Shown piece after piece: positions 48,666-57,922 of a DNA stretch of 64,000 nucleotides (positions are counted from its first letter, which is position 1; every line of letters starts with the position of its first letter). Both the position numbers and the translations under genes were made by a program. This stretch comes from Polyangiaceae bacterium (GTDB taxonomy: Bacteria > Myxococcota_A > Polyangia > Polyangiales > Polyangiaceae). The notes beneath the pieces are model-generated. The model saw nothing but the letters and a program-made list of their open reading frames with translations, was not told where the DNA came from and did no database searches. Location: positions 1 to 64,000 of the forward strand of contig JBILLK010000038.1 in assembly GCA_044376115.1 (NCBI GenBank). The letters are read 5' to 3'.

Positions 48666-49223
48666 ATGAAGTACGACCGAACTGTCATCGCGTACCACGG
48701 CTGTGACGCAAAGGTCGCGCGCCGGATCCTTGCAGGCGAGGCCTTTCAGAAGAGCGTCAACGACTACGACTGGCTCGGTGAGGGCATCTACTTCTGGGAG
48801 TACGGCGCAGATCGCGCGATGCGCTTCGCGGAAGATCAAAAAAGACGCGGCAAGGTAAACAAGCCGGCGATCGTCGGGGCTCTGGTTCAGCTCGGCAACT
48901 GCTTCGACCTGATGGACACCAAGTTCACCAAGGAACTCGCGCTTGCCTTCGAGATGCTGAAGAGAAACGGCACCGCACTTCCGGTCAACGGCGGCGGGAC
49001 GCCTGACAAGAAGCTCCGGCGGCTCGACTGCGCCGTGTTGAACTTCTACCTGACGGCAATCGAGCAGGCCGGGGGACAATACGACACGGTTCGCTGTGGC
49101 TTCGTGGAGGGGGAGGCCGCGTTCGAAGGCAGCGGGATCTACGAACAAAGCCACGTCCAACTCGCCGTGCGAAACCCGGCTTGCATCGTTGGGGTCTTCC
49201 GACCCACAATAGGAGAGCCATGA
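48666..49223 (+). CDS. Putative ADP-ribosyltransferase-fold protein
   Basis: AYHGC, WLGEGIYFWE, YDTV, HVQLAVRN fit the HG / GxYF / late Q-or-E layout of diphtheria-toxin/PARP-like ARTs. Confidence 0.65.
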   Translation: MKYDRTVIAYHGCDAKVARRILAGEAFQKSVNDYDWLGEGIYFWEYGADRAMRFAEDQKRRGKVNKPAIVGALVQLGNCFDLMDTKFTKELALAFEMLKRNGTALPVNGGGTPDKKLRRLDCAVLNFYLTAIEQAGGQYDTVRCGFVEGEAAFEGSGIYEQSHVQLAVRNPACIVGVFRPTIGEP

Positions 49224-49438
49224 AAAAGCGCCCCCCTTTCAAGCCCACTCTCGATCCTGAGGCCCCCGGTCTGGACGAGATGACGCGCTTGCGGCGGCGG
49301 GCCCTGGCTCGGCTCGAGGCAATGAGCCCGGCTGAGGTCTTCCAGCTTGCTGTGGATGCGGGCATCTACACGAAGGACGGCAAGCTTACGAAGCACTACC
49401 GCGCCGGTGAGCCGAGCGCGATGCGGCCGACGGACTAG
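49220..49438 (+). CDS. Small 72-aa protein, candidate antitoxin
   Basis: AGGAG RBS and ATGA overlap with the ART-like gene; AGIYTKDGKLTKHY. Confidence 0.75.
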   Translation: MKKRPPFKPTLDPEAPGLDEMTRLRRRALARLEAMSPAEVFQLAVDAGIYTKDGKLTKHYRAGEPSAMRPTD

Positions 49439-49824
49439 GCCGGCGCCCACGCCCGCACGTCAACGCCTTCAATTCGTTCTGTTGCGATGCCGTCGCGCGC
49501 GATTAGCTCCTTCGAGACGAAGGGCGTGCCGTTTCGGCTGCGGCGTTCGGCCCGTAAGCGTTGGAGCGCCAAGGTTCGCTGTTCGTCCGAGAGCAGGTGG
49601 GCCTCAGGCGTCCGCGCGAACCCGCGCATCTCGAGAAACTCGACTGTGTCTGCGGGGCTCATGCCCACCGCGACGGCGACCTCACCGACCGACAAGCGGC
49701 CCTCGGCGTAGGCTCGTCCGATCACCTCGAGAGCCCTCATCCGCGCGTCGTGATCAGCCGCAGCTGGTTTCCGGGCTCGAGGATCCCGAAGGTCTCGGAC
49801 ATTCGCATTGTGTAGCACATTCAT
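49435..49824 (-). CDS. UPF0175-like HTH protein
   Basis: YAEGRLSVGEVAVAVGMSPADTVEFLEMRG resembles the UPF0175 HTH pattern; fills the gap before hsdM. Confidence 0.6.
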   Translation of the reverse strand: MNVLHNANVRDLRDPRARKPAAADHDARMRALEVIGRAYAEGRLSVGEVAVAVGMSPADTVEFLEMRGFARTPEAHLLSDEQRTLALQRLRAERRSRNGTPFVSKELIARDGIATERIEGVDVRAWAPA

Positions 49825-49860
49825 CGCTCGCGCCCGGTATCTTCTCCGCCACACGAGCCC

Positions 49861-51279
49861 ATGCCCTCCACCCAAGACATCGTCCAAAAGCTCTGGAACC
49901 TGTGCAACGTCCTGCGTGACGACGGGATCACTTACCTGCAGTACGTGACCGAGCTCACGTACTTGCTGTTCCTCAAGATGGCCAAGGAGACCGAGCAGGA
50001 GAAGGAGCTGCCGGCGGGCTACCGCTGGGACGACATCGTCTCGAAGGACGGGGTGGAGTTGCTGGATTTTTACCGGCTATTGCTGATTCACTTGGGCGGT
50101 CACGGCTCCAAGCGCGTGCAGTCGATCTTCACCAACGCGGCCACTTCCTTCCGTCAGCCACGCAACCTGCGCGCCGTGGTCGAGTCGATTGACGCCCTCG
50201 ATTGGTACAGCGCCAAGTCCGAGGGGCTCGGCAACCTTTATGAAGGCCTGCTCGAAAAGAACGCCGAAGAGACCAAGAGCGGCGCCGGCCAGTATTTCAC
50301 TCCGCGCCCGCTGATTGAAGCCATGGTCGCCTGCGTTCAGCCTCAGGCCGGCGAGCATGTACAAGACCCAGCGGCCGGCACCGGCGGCTTCTTGATCGTC
50401 GCTGACCGCTACGTCAAAGACCAGACGGATAACCTATTCAAGCTGCCCACCCAGAAGCAGAAGTTCCAACGCCGTGAGGCATTCTACGGCATGGAGCTCG
50501 TCGCCGACGTCCAGCGGCTCGCGCTGATGAACTCCCTGCTCCACGACATTGAAGGCGACATCCTCCTAGGGGACGCGCTTGGCCCCAGCGGCGCCGCGCT
50601 GCCCAAAGCCGACGTCATCCTCACCAACCCGCCCTTTGGCACCAAAAAGGGCGGCGGCGGCCCTACGCGCGACGACATCACCTACCCCACCAGCAACAAG
50701 CAGCTCGTCTTCCTCCAGCACATCTACCGCGGCCTCGTCCCGCATGGCCGCGCCGCCGTCGTCCTCCCGGATAACGTTCTATTCGAAGAGGGCGTTGGCA
50801 AACAGGTCCGCGCCGACCTGATGGACAAGTGCGATCTCCACACCATCCTCCGCTTGCCCACCGGTATCTTCTACGCACAGGGCGTTAAAACCAATGTGCT
50901 GTTCTTCAGCCGCGGCGAGAAGGACAAGGCCAATACAAAGGCTGTTTGGTTCTTCGACATGCGGACCAACATGCCGAACTTTGGTAAGCGCACCCCCTTC
51001 ACGCGAGCCCACTTCACCGAGTTTGAAAAGGCCTACGGCAGTGATCCCCACGGCAAAGCCAAACGCAAAGACCAAGGTGAAGCCGGCCGCTTCCGCAAGT
51101 TCACAAGGGAAGACATCGCCAAACGCGGTGACAACTTGGATATTAGCTGGCTCAAAGACGACAGCGTCACCGACCACGCCGACCTCCCCGAACCGGACAT
51201 CATTGCAGCCGAGATCGTCGCGCAATTGCAGATTGCGCTAGAGGAGATGCAGGCGTTGCAGGAGGAGTTGGGCTCGTGA
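49861..51279 (+). CDS. hsdM: Type I R-M N6-adenine methyltransferase
   Basis: LWNLCNVLRDDG, GQYFTPR, DPAAGTGGF, NPPF. Confidence 0.97.
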   Translation: MPSTQDIVQKLWNLCNVLRDDGITYLQYVTELTYLLFLKMAKETEQEKELPAGYRWDDIVSKDGVELLDFYRLLLIHLGGHGSKRVQSIFTNAATSFRQPRNLRAVVESIDALDWYSAKSEGLGNLYEGLLEKNAEETKSGAGQYFTPRPLIEAMVACVQPQAGEHVQDPAAGTGGFLIVADRYVKDQTDNLFKLPTQKQKFQRREAFYGMELVADVQRLALMNSLLHDIEGDILLGDALGPSGAALPKADVILTNPPFGTKKGGGGPTRDDITYPTSNKQLVFLQHIYRGLVPHGRAAVVLPDNVLFEEGVGKQVRADLMDKCDLHTILRLPTGIFYAQGVKTNVLFFSRGEKDKANTKAVWFFDMRTNMPNFGKRTPFTRAHFTEFEKAYGSDPHGKAKRKDQGEAGRFRKFTREDIAKRGDNLDISWLKDDSVTDHADLPEPDIIAAEIVAQLQIALEEMQALQEELGS

Positions 51280-52811
51280 GTGCCGAGCCACATCCGCTCC
51301 CGCGCGCCTGGAAATGGGTTCACCTGGGGGAAGTGTCACGGCTGGTCACCGGCGGGACGCCCCCAGGCAAAGAACAGGGCTGCTACGGCGGCAGTATCCC
51401 GTTTTTCAAGCCAACCGACTTGAACGCTGGTCGGTTCGTGTACGAGGCGCGACAGTCTCTCTCTCCTTTCGGAGCCGGGTTTCTGGACGTCGTACCCGCA
51501 GGCTCAGTCCTGATCACATGCATCGGCGCAACGATCGGGAAGGTTGGGCTCTCTGCGGTGGCCGGCGCGACCAACCAGCAAATTAACGCGGTGGTGCCCG
51601 TCGAGTTGGACCCAGCGTTCCTCTACTGGTTTGTGGTCTCCCCCTCGGCTCAGGAATGGATAGCTGAAAATGCATCCGCAACAACTTTGCCGATCCTGAA
51701 CAAGAGTCGACTTGCGACTATGCCTATTCCCTTGGCGCCACGAGCCGAACAACACCGCGTGGCCGCGAAGCTGGATGCACTACACGTTCGAAGCCGCCGC
51801 GCCCGCGAGGCCCTTGCTGCCGTCCCGCCCCTCCTCGAAAAGCTCCGCCAATCCATCCTCGCCGCCGCCTTCCGCGGCGACCTCACCAAAGACTGGCGCG
51901 CAAAAAACAAGAACATCGAACCCGCCACCGAACTCCTCAAACGCATCCGCATCGAGCGACGCCAAAAATGGGAACAAGCCGAACTCGCCAAACTAAAGGC
52001 CAAAGGCAAAACCCCCACCGACGACCGCTGGAAAGCCAAATACAAGGAGCCCGAACCGGTCGACACAAAGGGCCTCCCAGAGCTGCCAGAGGGCTGGTGC
52101 TGGGCCACCCTTGGCGAACTCGCTTGGGACGCAGGCTACGGTACATCAGCCAAATGCGACTACGAAGGCAAGGGCGTTGCTGTCCTTAGAATTCCGAACA
52201 TTGCACGAGGGCTGGTGGACCTGAGCGATGTAAAGCGTGCAGCGGTTGTCCGCGACGAAGGCGCGATGCTCGTCGTACCAGGCGACCTCCTGATTGTACG
52301 CACCAATGGTAGCCGGGACCTTATTGGGCGCGCAGCCGTCATAGTGGATGAACCTAACGAGCCAACTTCGTTTGCGTCTTACCTCATTCGCTTTCGGCTC
52401 ATAATGGAACGCCAACTTCCCGCGTGGGTTGCACGGTATTGGCAGTCCCCCTTCGTACGCGGACAGATTGAAGCGCAAGCTGCATCGTCAGCCGGACAAT
52501 ACAACGTTAGCCTTGGAGAACTCTCGCAATGTCCGGTTCCAGTCGCGCCCAGCGAGGAGCAGTCACTCGTCCTGGGGTTGGTTGAGGCTCTTCTCGCCCC
52601 GAGAATGAACGCGGAGCGCGCGTTGCGCGAGCTTCTCCAGAAATTCGGCAGCCTCGAACAGTCGGTTTTGGCGAAGGCTTTCCGCGGACAGCTCCTCCCC
52701 CAAGATCCCAACGACGCGCCCGTCTCCCCCCAAACCCAGCCAGCCCCAACGCCCTCAGCTCAACTCCGCTCGAAAGCACCAATAAAGAAGAACGCCAAGA
52801 ACCGCTCGTAG
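51276..52811 (+). CDS. hsdS: Type I R-M specificity subunit
   Basis: LP..W, two TRDs, P..EQ repeats, SILAAAFRG / SVLAKAFRG; GTGA overlap with hsdM. Confidence 0.95.
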   Translation: MSAEPHPLPRAWKWVHLGEVSRLVTGGTPPGKEQGCYGGSIPFFKPTDLNAGRFVYEARQSLSPFGAGFLDVVPAGSVLITCIGATIGKVGLSAVAGATNQQINAVVPVELDPAFLYWFVVSPSAQEWIAENASATTLPILNKSRLATMPIPLAPRAEQHRVAAKLDALHVRSRRAREALAAVPPLLEKLRQSILAAAFRGDLTKDWRAKNKNIEPATELLKRIRIERRQKWEQAELAKLKAKGKTPTDDRWKAKYKEPEPVDTKGLPELPEGWCWATLGELAWDAGYGTSAKCDYEGKGVAVLRIPNIARGLVDLSDVKRAAVVRDEGAMLVVPGDLLIVRTNGSRDLIGRAAVIVDEPNEPTSFASYLIRFRLIMERQLPAWVARYWQSPFVRGQIEAQAASSAGQYNVSLGELSQCPVPVAPSEEQSLVLGLVEALLAPRMNAERALRELLQKFGSLEQSVLAKAFRGQLLPQDPNDAPVSPQTQPAPTPSAQLRSKAPIKKNAKNRS

Positions 52812-52842
52812 CCCTCTGCGCCGTCTGTTTTACGCAGCCGCT

Positions 52843-52875
52843 CAAGGCCGCCGAGCGCCTTACTCGGCGGCCTTG
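52843..52875. terminator. Probable intrinsic terminator between convergent genes
   Basis: Perfect 13-bp stem CAAGGCCGCCGAG / CTCGGCGGCCTTG with a 7-nt loop. Confidence 0.7.
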
Positions 52876-52913
52876 TAATTCTCTATCGTGAAGGCGGATC
52901 CGGTCACAGAGAG

Positions 52914-54083
52914 TTATAGCGATTCAGCCTTAACCACCACGCCCATGCCTCCGGTACCGCCGGCCTGGATGTAGTAGACCCCTCCTTCCAACACGAGGGC
53001 ACCAAAGCTATTGCGTGCTCGATAGGCGCACGACGTAACCCAATAAGCGCCTGAGACAATGGGCCTTGTACAGTTCGCCATTTCAAAACTGTCGGGGTCC
53101 TTCAGCATTGGCTTCAAGTAGCGCTCGACTGCAAGCACACTGCCGTCCCACTCACTCACAAACGGCATAGGACCGCGCAACTCAGCGAGTTCAGTCGCCG
53201 CCTGCTCGGCTGCCTCTTGCTTCTTGCGCTCCCGTTCCTCCGCCTCGAGCCGAGCCTTGCGGAGCGGCGCCACTCGCGCGGCAATTTCCTTTTGCTTGGT
53301 CTCAAGGCGTCCTTGAGCTGCAACAAAGTCCATATCGCTAGTAACGCTTGTCCCCGTAAAGGCACTCAAGCGTTGCTGCTCCTGTGCAAACAAGTCGTCC
53401 GCGTCCAGCAGCTTCCCCGACTCTACTAGCTTATCGCCTGCTGTGATTGCAGCATCCAAACGCTTGAGCACGCTGGGCCAATCCGCTTTCGCCTTATTCT
53501 CCTTCGCAATCCGCGCCTCTTCGGCTTCTTGCTGATCCGCCTCACGCTTGAGCGTGCTCGCCCAATCTGCCTCATTGCACTTCTCAAGCTCCTCAGCCAC
53601 AGCGCGCTTGCCCACCGGCGTCCGCGCACCTGGAGCGGCGGCACGAGCGTTTGTGCACTCCTTCGCGTGAGCCTCCTCGGCGATTCGCTCGCGCTCCGCA
53701 GCAGCCCGCCGTTGAACAACGCCTCTCCATGCGCCGAGCGGCGCCCCGGTTCCGATGCAGGCCGCAATCAGCGTGAGCCGGATGCCAAACGGACGCACTC
53801 GCTCAACGGCGCTCCGCAACGCCGGCGGCGCGCTCGGCGACAGCCGCGCAAACACGTAAAGGCCCGAGAGAACCAAGATCAGCGCCCCGGCGATGAAGCC
53901 GAGCACCGGACTCACCACGCCGATTACAAACGCAAAGCTCCAACCCATAAGCAAGCCCAGGCCCCACCAAACCCGCGGGTCTGTGGAGCTCGGCCGGCGC
54001 GGCGGCGGGTAGTAAGGTTGATAGCCATACCCAGAAGGTGGCGGGTATCCCGGTGGATAACCAGGCGGCGGTCCATATCCCAT
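52914..54083 (-). CDS. Membrane protein: PPGY-rich N-terminus, TM helices, coiled coil, LKDPDS/NSFG C-terminal domain
   Basis: GYPP repeats; about three hydrophobic helices; LKDPDSFE...YRARNSFGA. Confidence 0.8.
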   Translation of the reverse strand: MGYGPPPGYPPGYPPPSGYGYQPYYPPPRRPSSTDPRVWWGLGLLMGWSFAFVIGVVSPVLGFIAGALILVLSGLYVFARLSPSAPPALRSAVERVRPFGIRLTLIAACIGTGAPLGAWRGVVQRRAAAERERIAEEAHAKECTNARAAAPGARTPVGKRAVAEELEKCNEADWASTLKREADQQEAEEARIAKENKAKADWPSVLKRLDAAITAGDKLVESGKLLDADDLFAQEQQRLSAFTGTSVTSDMDFVAAQGRLETKQKEIAARVAPLRKARLEAEERERKKQEAAEQAATELAELRGPMPFVSEWDGSVLAVERYLKPMLKDPDSFEMANCTRPIVSGAYWVTSCAYRARNSFGALVLEGGVYYIQAGGTGGMGVVVKAESL

Positions 54084-54303
54084 TGTAAGTAGCCCTCCCT
54101 ATGCACAATTGGCGTGCATCCTGACAGGTAGGCCATTGCCGCCGGCGGGCATATAGTCAGTTGTTGGTAGAGCTGACAGCCAATGTCCGCCCGACGCGAA
54201 TCAGCTATCTATGCAGGTTGGTGGGAAGAATGAACGTGCAAACCATCGGGCTCATCAATGACTCGTGCCGAGTTGAAGGTTCGTTGGGCCTGCGGAGTTC
54301 TCG

Positions 54304-54804
54304 TCAGGCTACCGAGGCGCCCAATTCAAACCTTGCGCGTTCTTGCCGCAGCATCGCGAAGGGCGACATAACCTGGACGCCAAGCGCGCTACAAACGTCA
54401 GGCACCTTCACCTTCTTCAGTGAGGTCGAAGCCAGTTCGTGCGTCACCACGCGCCATCCCGTAGCAAGTGCGTGAGCCACGAGGTAGGCGTCCGCACCGC
54501 TAAGGAACCTGGCAATCGCTCCCGGGTCTCGACCGGAGCTACTGACCCAGTTTGCGACCTTGGCGAACTGGATGAGCTCCGCCGGACCGGTTGATAGAAA
54601 GAATCCAGGAGAGAGTTCAGCCGCCCAGCGAGCAAGGTCGTCAGCCCCACGCGCTAGTTCCTCAGCAACCTTGGGGATGCTGAAGACCTTGCGACTCGCA
54701 TGCTCTCGCTCCAGCCAAGACCAGAAGGCTGGGCAGAAGTCGAAGCTGTAGTGCCGGTTCTTGGCCTCGATAAATACATTGGCATCGAGCAAGTACGCCA
54801 TCAA
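54304..54804 (-). CDS. DUF4411-family PIN-domain protein
   Basis: YLLDANVFIEA, FCPAFW, ADAYLVA, VVTHE, KVPDVC. Confidence 0.9.
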   Translation of the reverse strand: MMAYLLDANVFIEAKNRHYSFDFCPAFWSWLEREHASRKVFSIPKVAEELARGADDLARWAAELSPGFFLSTGPAELIQFAKVANWVSSSGRDPGAIARFLSGADAYLVAHALATGWRVVTHELASTSLKKVKVPDVCSALGVQVMSPFAMLRQERARFELGASVA

Positions 54805-55946
54805 CCGATGCCGAGGCTCATCGCGAGCCCGTCAAACGTGTTCGTACTTTTGAGTCCCAACATGCGAAACGCGTCTGTGTAAAGCGTTTGGCCCTCAATG
54901 GTACTGGCGACGACGGCACGAGCGAAGCGCTTGCTGACCCGAATTGGGATGGTCTTATAGAAGTTACCGCCGCTGTCGCCGCTCTTCTTGGTTGCTCTGG
55001 CTAGCTCCTGTTCATAAGCAGCCCGAAACTGGGAGCGGCTTAGTCGGCCAAGCTCGTAGAGCCGCCGAAGCACGACCAGCGTGCTGACTTTGTAGAGACG
55101 CGACAGCCGCGGCAGTTCAGCCACAAGGTCGAGAGAGCGTTTGGTTTCGCGCTGAAGGTCGGCGGCTGGAACTAGCAACTCCGCAGCAACCTGGTTGCAC
55201 CAAGCCTCAGTCGCATCACCATCGAGCTGATCCGGCCGCTCATCCGACACGCCGCTTTGGCCAAGCCATACGTGAGCAAGTTCATGCGCAAGGGTAAAAA
55301 TCTGCGCGGTCTTGGCGTCAGAGCCATTGACGAAGACCACCGGTGCGTAATCGTCCACAAGGGCAAAGCCACGGAATTCCTCTGGATCCAACTTGCGGTG
55401 CGTGTTGCTACCAACGATTCCGCTTCTCATCACCAGAATTCCAGCTTCCTCGATCCGCTCCGCGAACCGAGAGAACGCTTCATCGAGCGTTTTCATCGAG
55501 CGACGCTCGGCCAGCCCAAAGCCAAGGAGGTTTCGCATCTGCGAGGCAACCTCTTCGATGTTGGATGTCGGTAGCGCCGAGCCGACGATCCCCAGCTTCG
55601 GTTCACCCTGGGAAAGCGCGAATTCGCGATACCATTCCTGCCTGGCTTGGCAATCGCGGATCGTGTCGAGAAGTTCCGGTGTTGGGCGCTTCGGCGTGCT
55701 GCTCCCGAGGGTGCGAAAGTCGCGAATAGGCAACTCTTCTTCCGGCGGTTGCGCCAGAAAAAAGAAGCCGATCGGAGTCGACGTCGTACGGGCAAACTCT
55801 TCCAGCTGCTTGAGCGTCGGCTCCTCCTCCTCATTTACCCATGCCACGAGTTGAGGAAATCTCTCCTCATAGTCTCCGACGTCGCGCTGGTTACGCGCGC
55901 AAGCCCAAAGGAAAAGGGCGGGTGGAACGGAAACACGCGGACTCAT
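54801..55946 (-). CDS. HTH plus ImmA/IrrE (M78) Zn metallopeptidase
   Basis: PTLKQLE, DFR, EFRGF, FTLAHELAH, EAWCNQVAAELL. Confidence 0.92.
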   Translation of the reverse strand: MSPRVSVPPALFLWACARNQRDVGDYEERFPQLVAWVNEEEEPTLKQLEEFARTTSTPIGFFFLAQPPEEELPIRDFRTLGSSTPKRPTPELLDTIRDCQARQEWYREFALSQGEPKLGIVGSALPTSNIEEVASQMRNLLGFGLAERRSMKTLDEAFSRFAERIEEAGILVMRSGIVGSNTHRKLDPEEFRGFALVDDYAPVVFVNGSDAKTAQIFTLAHELAHVWLGQSGVSDERPDQLDGDATEAWCNQVAAELLVPAADLQRETKRSLDLVAELPRLSRLYKVSTLVVLRRLYELGRLSRSQFRAAYEQELARATKKSGDSGGNFYKTIPIRVSKRFARAVVASTIEGQTLYTDAFRMLGLKSTNTFDGLAMSLGIG

Positions 55947-56242
55947 GGGATTGGTCTGATGCAAGTGTCCCTCGACTGTGAAGGGCTGACAACAAACGAG
56001 GTCGAGGAAACGACATCGCGTGTACGCCAGCCCGTATCCACCCGCACCGTCAGCCGTATGGTGCGGCCAAAGCTCCCGGCGCTCTCTCTCGGGGTCATCG
56101 CCAATGGAGCGCAAGTTCTGAAGCCGCGGCTTCACCGTAAACTCGCCCTTTTCCGTCGTCGCTTCCGGCAAGAGCATCGGCTCAATCGTGGCGCGCCCAC
56201 TGAGCGGACGCGTCACGCCGAGCTTGAGCGTGGGCTGCATGA

Positions 56243-57142
56243 TCAGCCCAGCGGATCACTGCCGGGGAGGCCGCTTATCCCTTGAGTTGCCGGCTGTGGC
56301 GACGCCTGCGTTTGTCCTGCTGCTTTGGTGCTTTCACCTTCTGCGTCGTCATCGTTTTGGTCGCTGCCGGTGGCTTTGCCACTTTTGCGTTTGTTGCGCC
56401 CCGCGTAAGCGGATGGGGCTACACGATCAGCGTCTTCAAAGTGCCAACGCAAATACACAACCTGTCGACGCACCTCATCATAGTGCTGTAGGAACAGCGT
56501 CAATGCCCGGTTGCGCAGTTCCAACGCAGGCCCAACGGCCGCATTGGAGCGCTCTTTCGCGGCGAGCAGATCCATCATCCGTTGACCCAGGTCTTCCGCC
56601 CGGGTCAGCTCCTCCAAGGAGGTCCCCGTCTTGCCTTCCAGCGCAGCCCAGTTGGCGCGAAAGTGCTGGCAAACAGCGAGGATATCCATCGCTGCATTGC
56701 GGTAGCCAACGCTGCCGCTCAGCGTACTGATCTTGGCGTCGCTGATCAGCCCACGCTTGGAGGCTGCGGTAAAGTCGGTCAGCAGGATCTCGCGAATGCG
56801 GAGCAGCTCATCCCCGATCTTGGGCAAGTTCTGATCGGGTGCGGACGCTAATACATATTCGAGGTGGGTCTGTGCCAGCGCCAGCCGCAACACCTCCAAG
56901 CCATCCAGAATGGCAATGTCAAAGCTCGGGAGCTTCTGCAGCATCTCTTCGCGGTACGTGAGGATCTCCGGCAGGTGCGCTGCCACCATCACCACCACGT
57001 TGGGAATGTCGATCAGCACCTTGGCGAGCTCAGCGTCAGGCACCGCGAGAATCTTCTCTCGCACAGCCTCCAGCGCTTCGCGGTAGCGCATCTCCGGGAC
57101 CGGCGGGAGCGAGGGCGTGGGGAACAAACCTGTCATGGTCAT
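56243..57142 (-). CDS. Uncharacterised alpha-helical protein next to the repeat array
   Basis: AAGGAG RBS; helical 299-aa ORF with LRNRALTLF...YDEVRRQVVYLRW...APSAYAGR and a disordered tail. Confidence 0.85.
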   Translation of the reverse strand: MTMTGLFPTPSLPPVPEMRYREALEAVREKILAVPDAELAKVLIDIPNVVVMVAAHLPEILTYREEMLQKLPSFDIAILDGLEVLRLALAQTHLEYVLASAPDQNLPKIGDELLRIREILLTDFTAASKRGLISDAKISTLSGSVGYRNAAMDILAVCQHFRANWAALEGKTGTSLEELTRAEDLGQRMMDLLAAKERSNAAVGPALELRNRALTLFLQHYDEVRRQVVYLRWHFEDADRVAPSAYAGRNKRKSGKATGSDQNDDDAEGESTKAAGQTQASPQPATQGISGLPGSDPLG

Positions 57143-57301
57143 GGAGCTATCTCCTTAGCGAGCAGCACCCACACGGGGCGCGCAGAGACGAGGCTGCCCC
57201 ACCGCACGCGCACCATGCACGTGGGCTTTGCAAACCCTGCCTCTCCCTAACCTTTTGGCCTGTCACCCCCTCCGATTAGAGAGATTCGTACAGGCGGGCT
57301 G

Positions 57302-57832
57302 CTATTGACCAACGCTAAACGTTTGCCGGCAAAGGCGAACCGTTTGATCCAATCGATCTGGCTTTGCCGGCAAAGGCAAACTGATTGATCCAAACGACCT
57401 GGCTTTGCCGGATAAGGGCATACCGTTTGATCCAAACGACTTTGCTTTGCCGGCAAAGGCTCCAGGCCTATTGACCAACGCTAAACGTTTGCCGGCAAAG
57501 GCAAACTGATTGATCCAATCGATCTGGCTTTGCCGAGTAAAGGCAAACGGTTTGATCCAAACGACTTTCCTTTGCCGGCAAAGGCAAACCGTTTGATCCA
57601 ATCAATCCGCCTTTGCCCGCAAAGGCCCAAATGGTCCCTCCACCCCGTTCTTCCTTTGCGGGCAAAGGAAAGTCGTTTGGATCAATCAACAACGCCTTTC
57701 TCCGCAAAGGAAAGTTGATTGGATCAATCGATCCGCCTTTGCGGGCAAAGCGAAGTTGATTGGATCAATCGATCCGGCTTTGCCAGCAAAGGCAAAGTGG
57801 TCGAAGTGATTGCTTTCCTTTGCCGGCAAAGC
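57302..57832. repeat. Array of 13 palindromic TTTGCCGGCAAA-type repeats at 40-43 bp period
   Basis: Cores start at 57322, 57363, 57404, 57446, 57488, 57529, 57571, 57612, 57655, 57697, 57738, 57779 and 57819. Confidence 0.95.
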
Positions 57833-57922
57833 CCAAAGGCGCCTGCTCGGCCCAAACCAGGCCAATGACGATTCTTCCAGAAAGGCTGTCCATGCCCGGC
57901 GCCAGCTCACGAATTACTGGAT

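Noticed and set aside
55947..56240. N-terminal extension of the IrrE-like ORF
   Set aside because: The family-like sequence begins at MSPRV (55946); the upstream part has no recognisable features.
57302..57832. CRISPR array
   Set aside because: The repeat core is only about 12-14 bp, the linkers are related to each other rather than unique, the orientation flips, and there are no cas genes.
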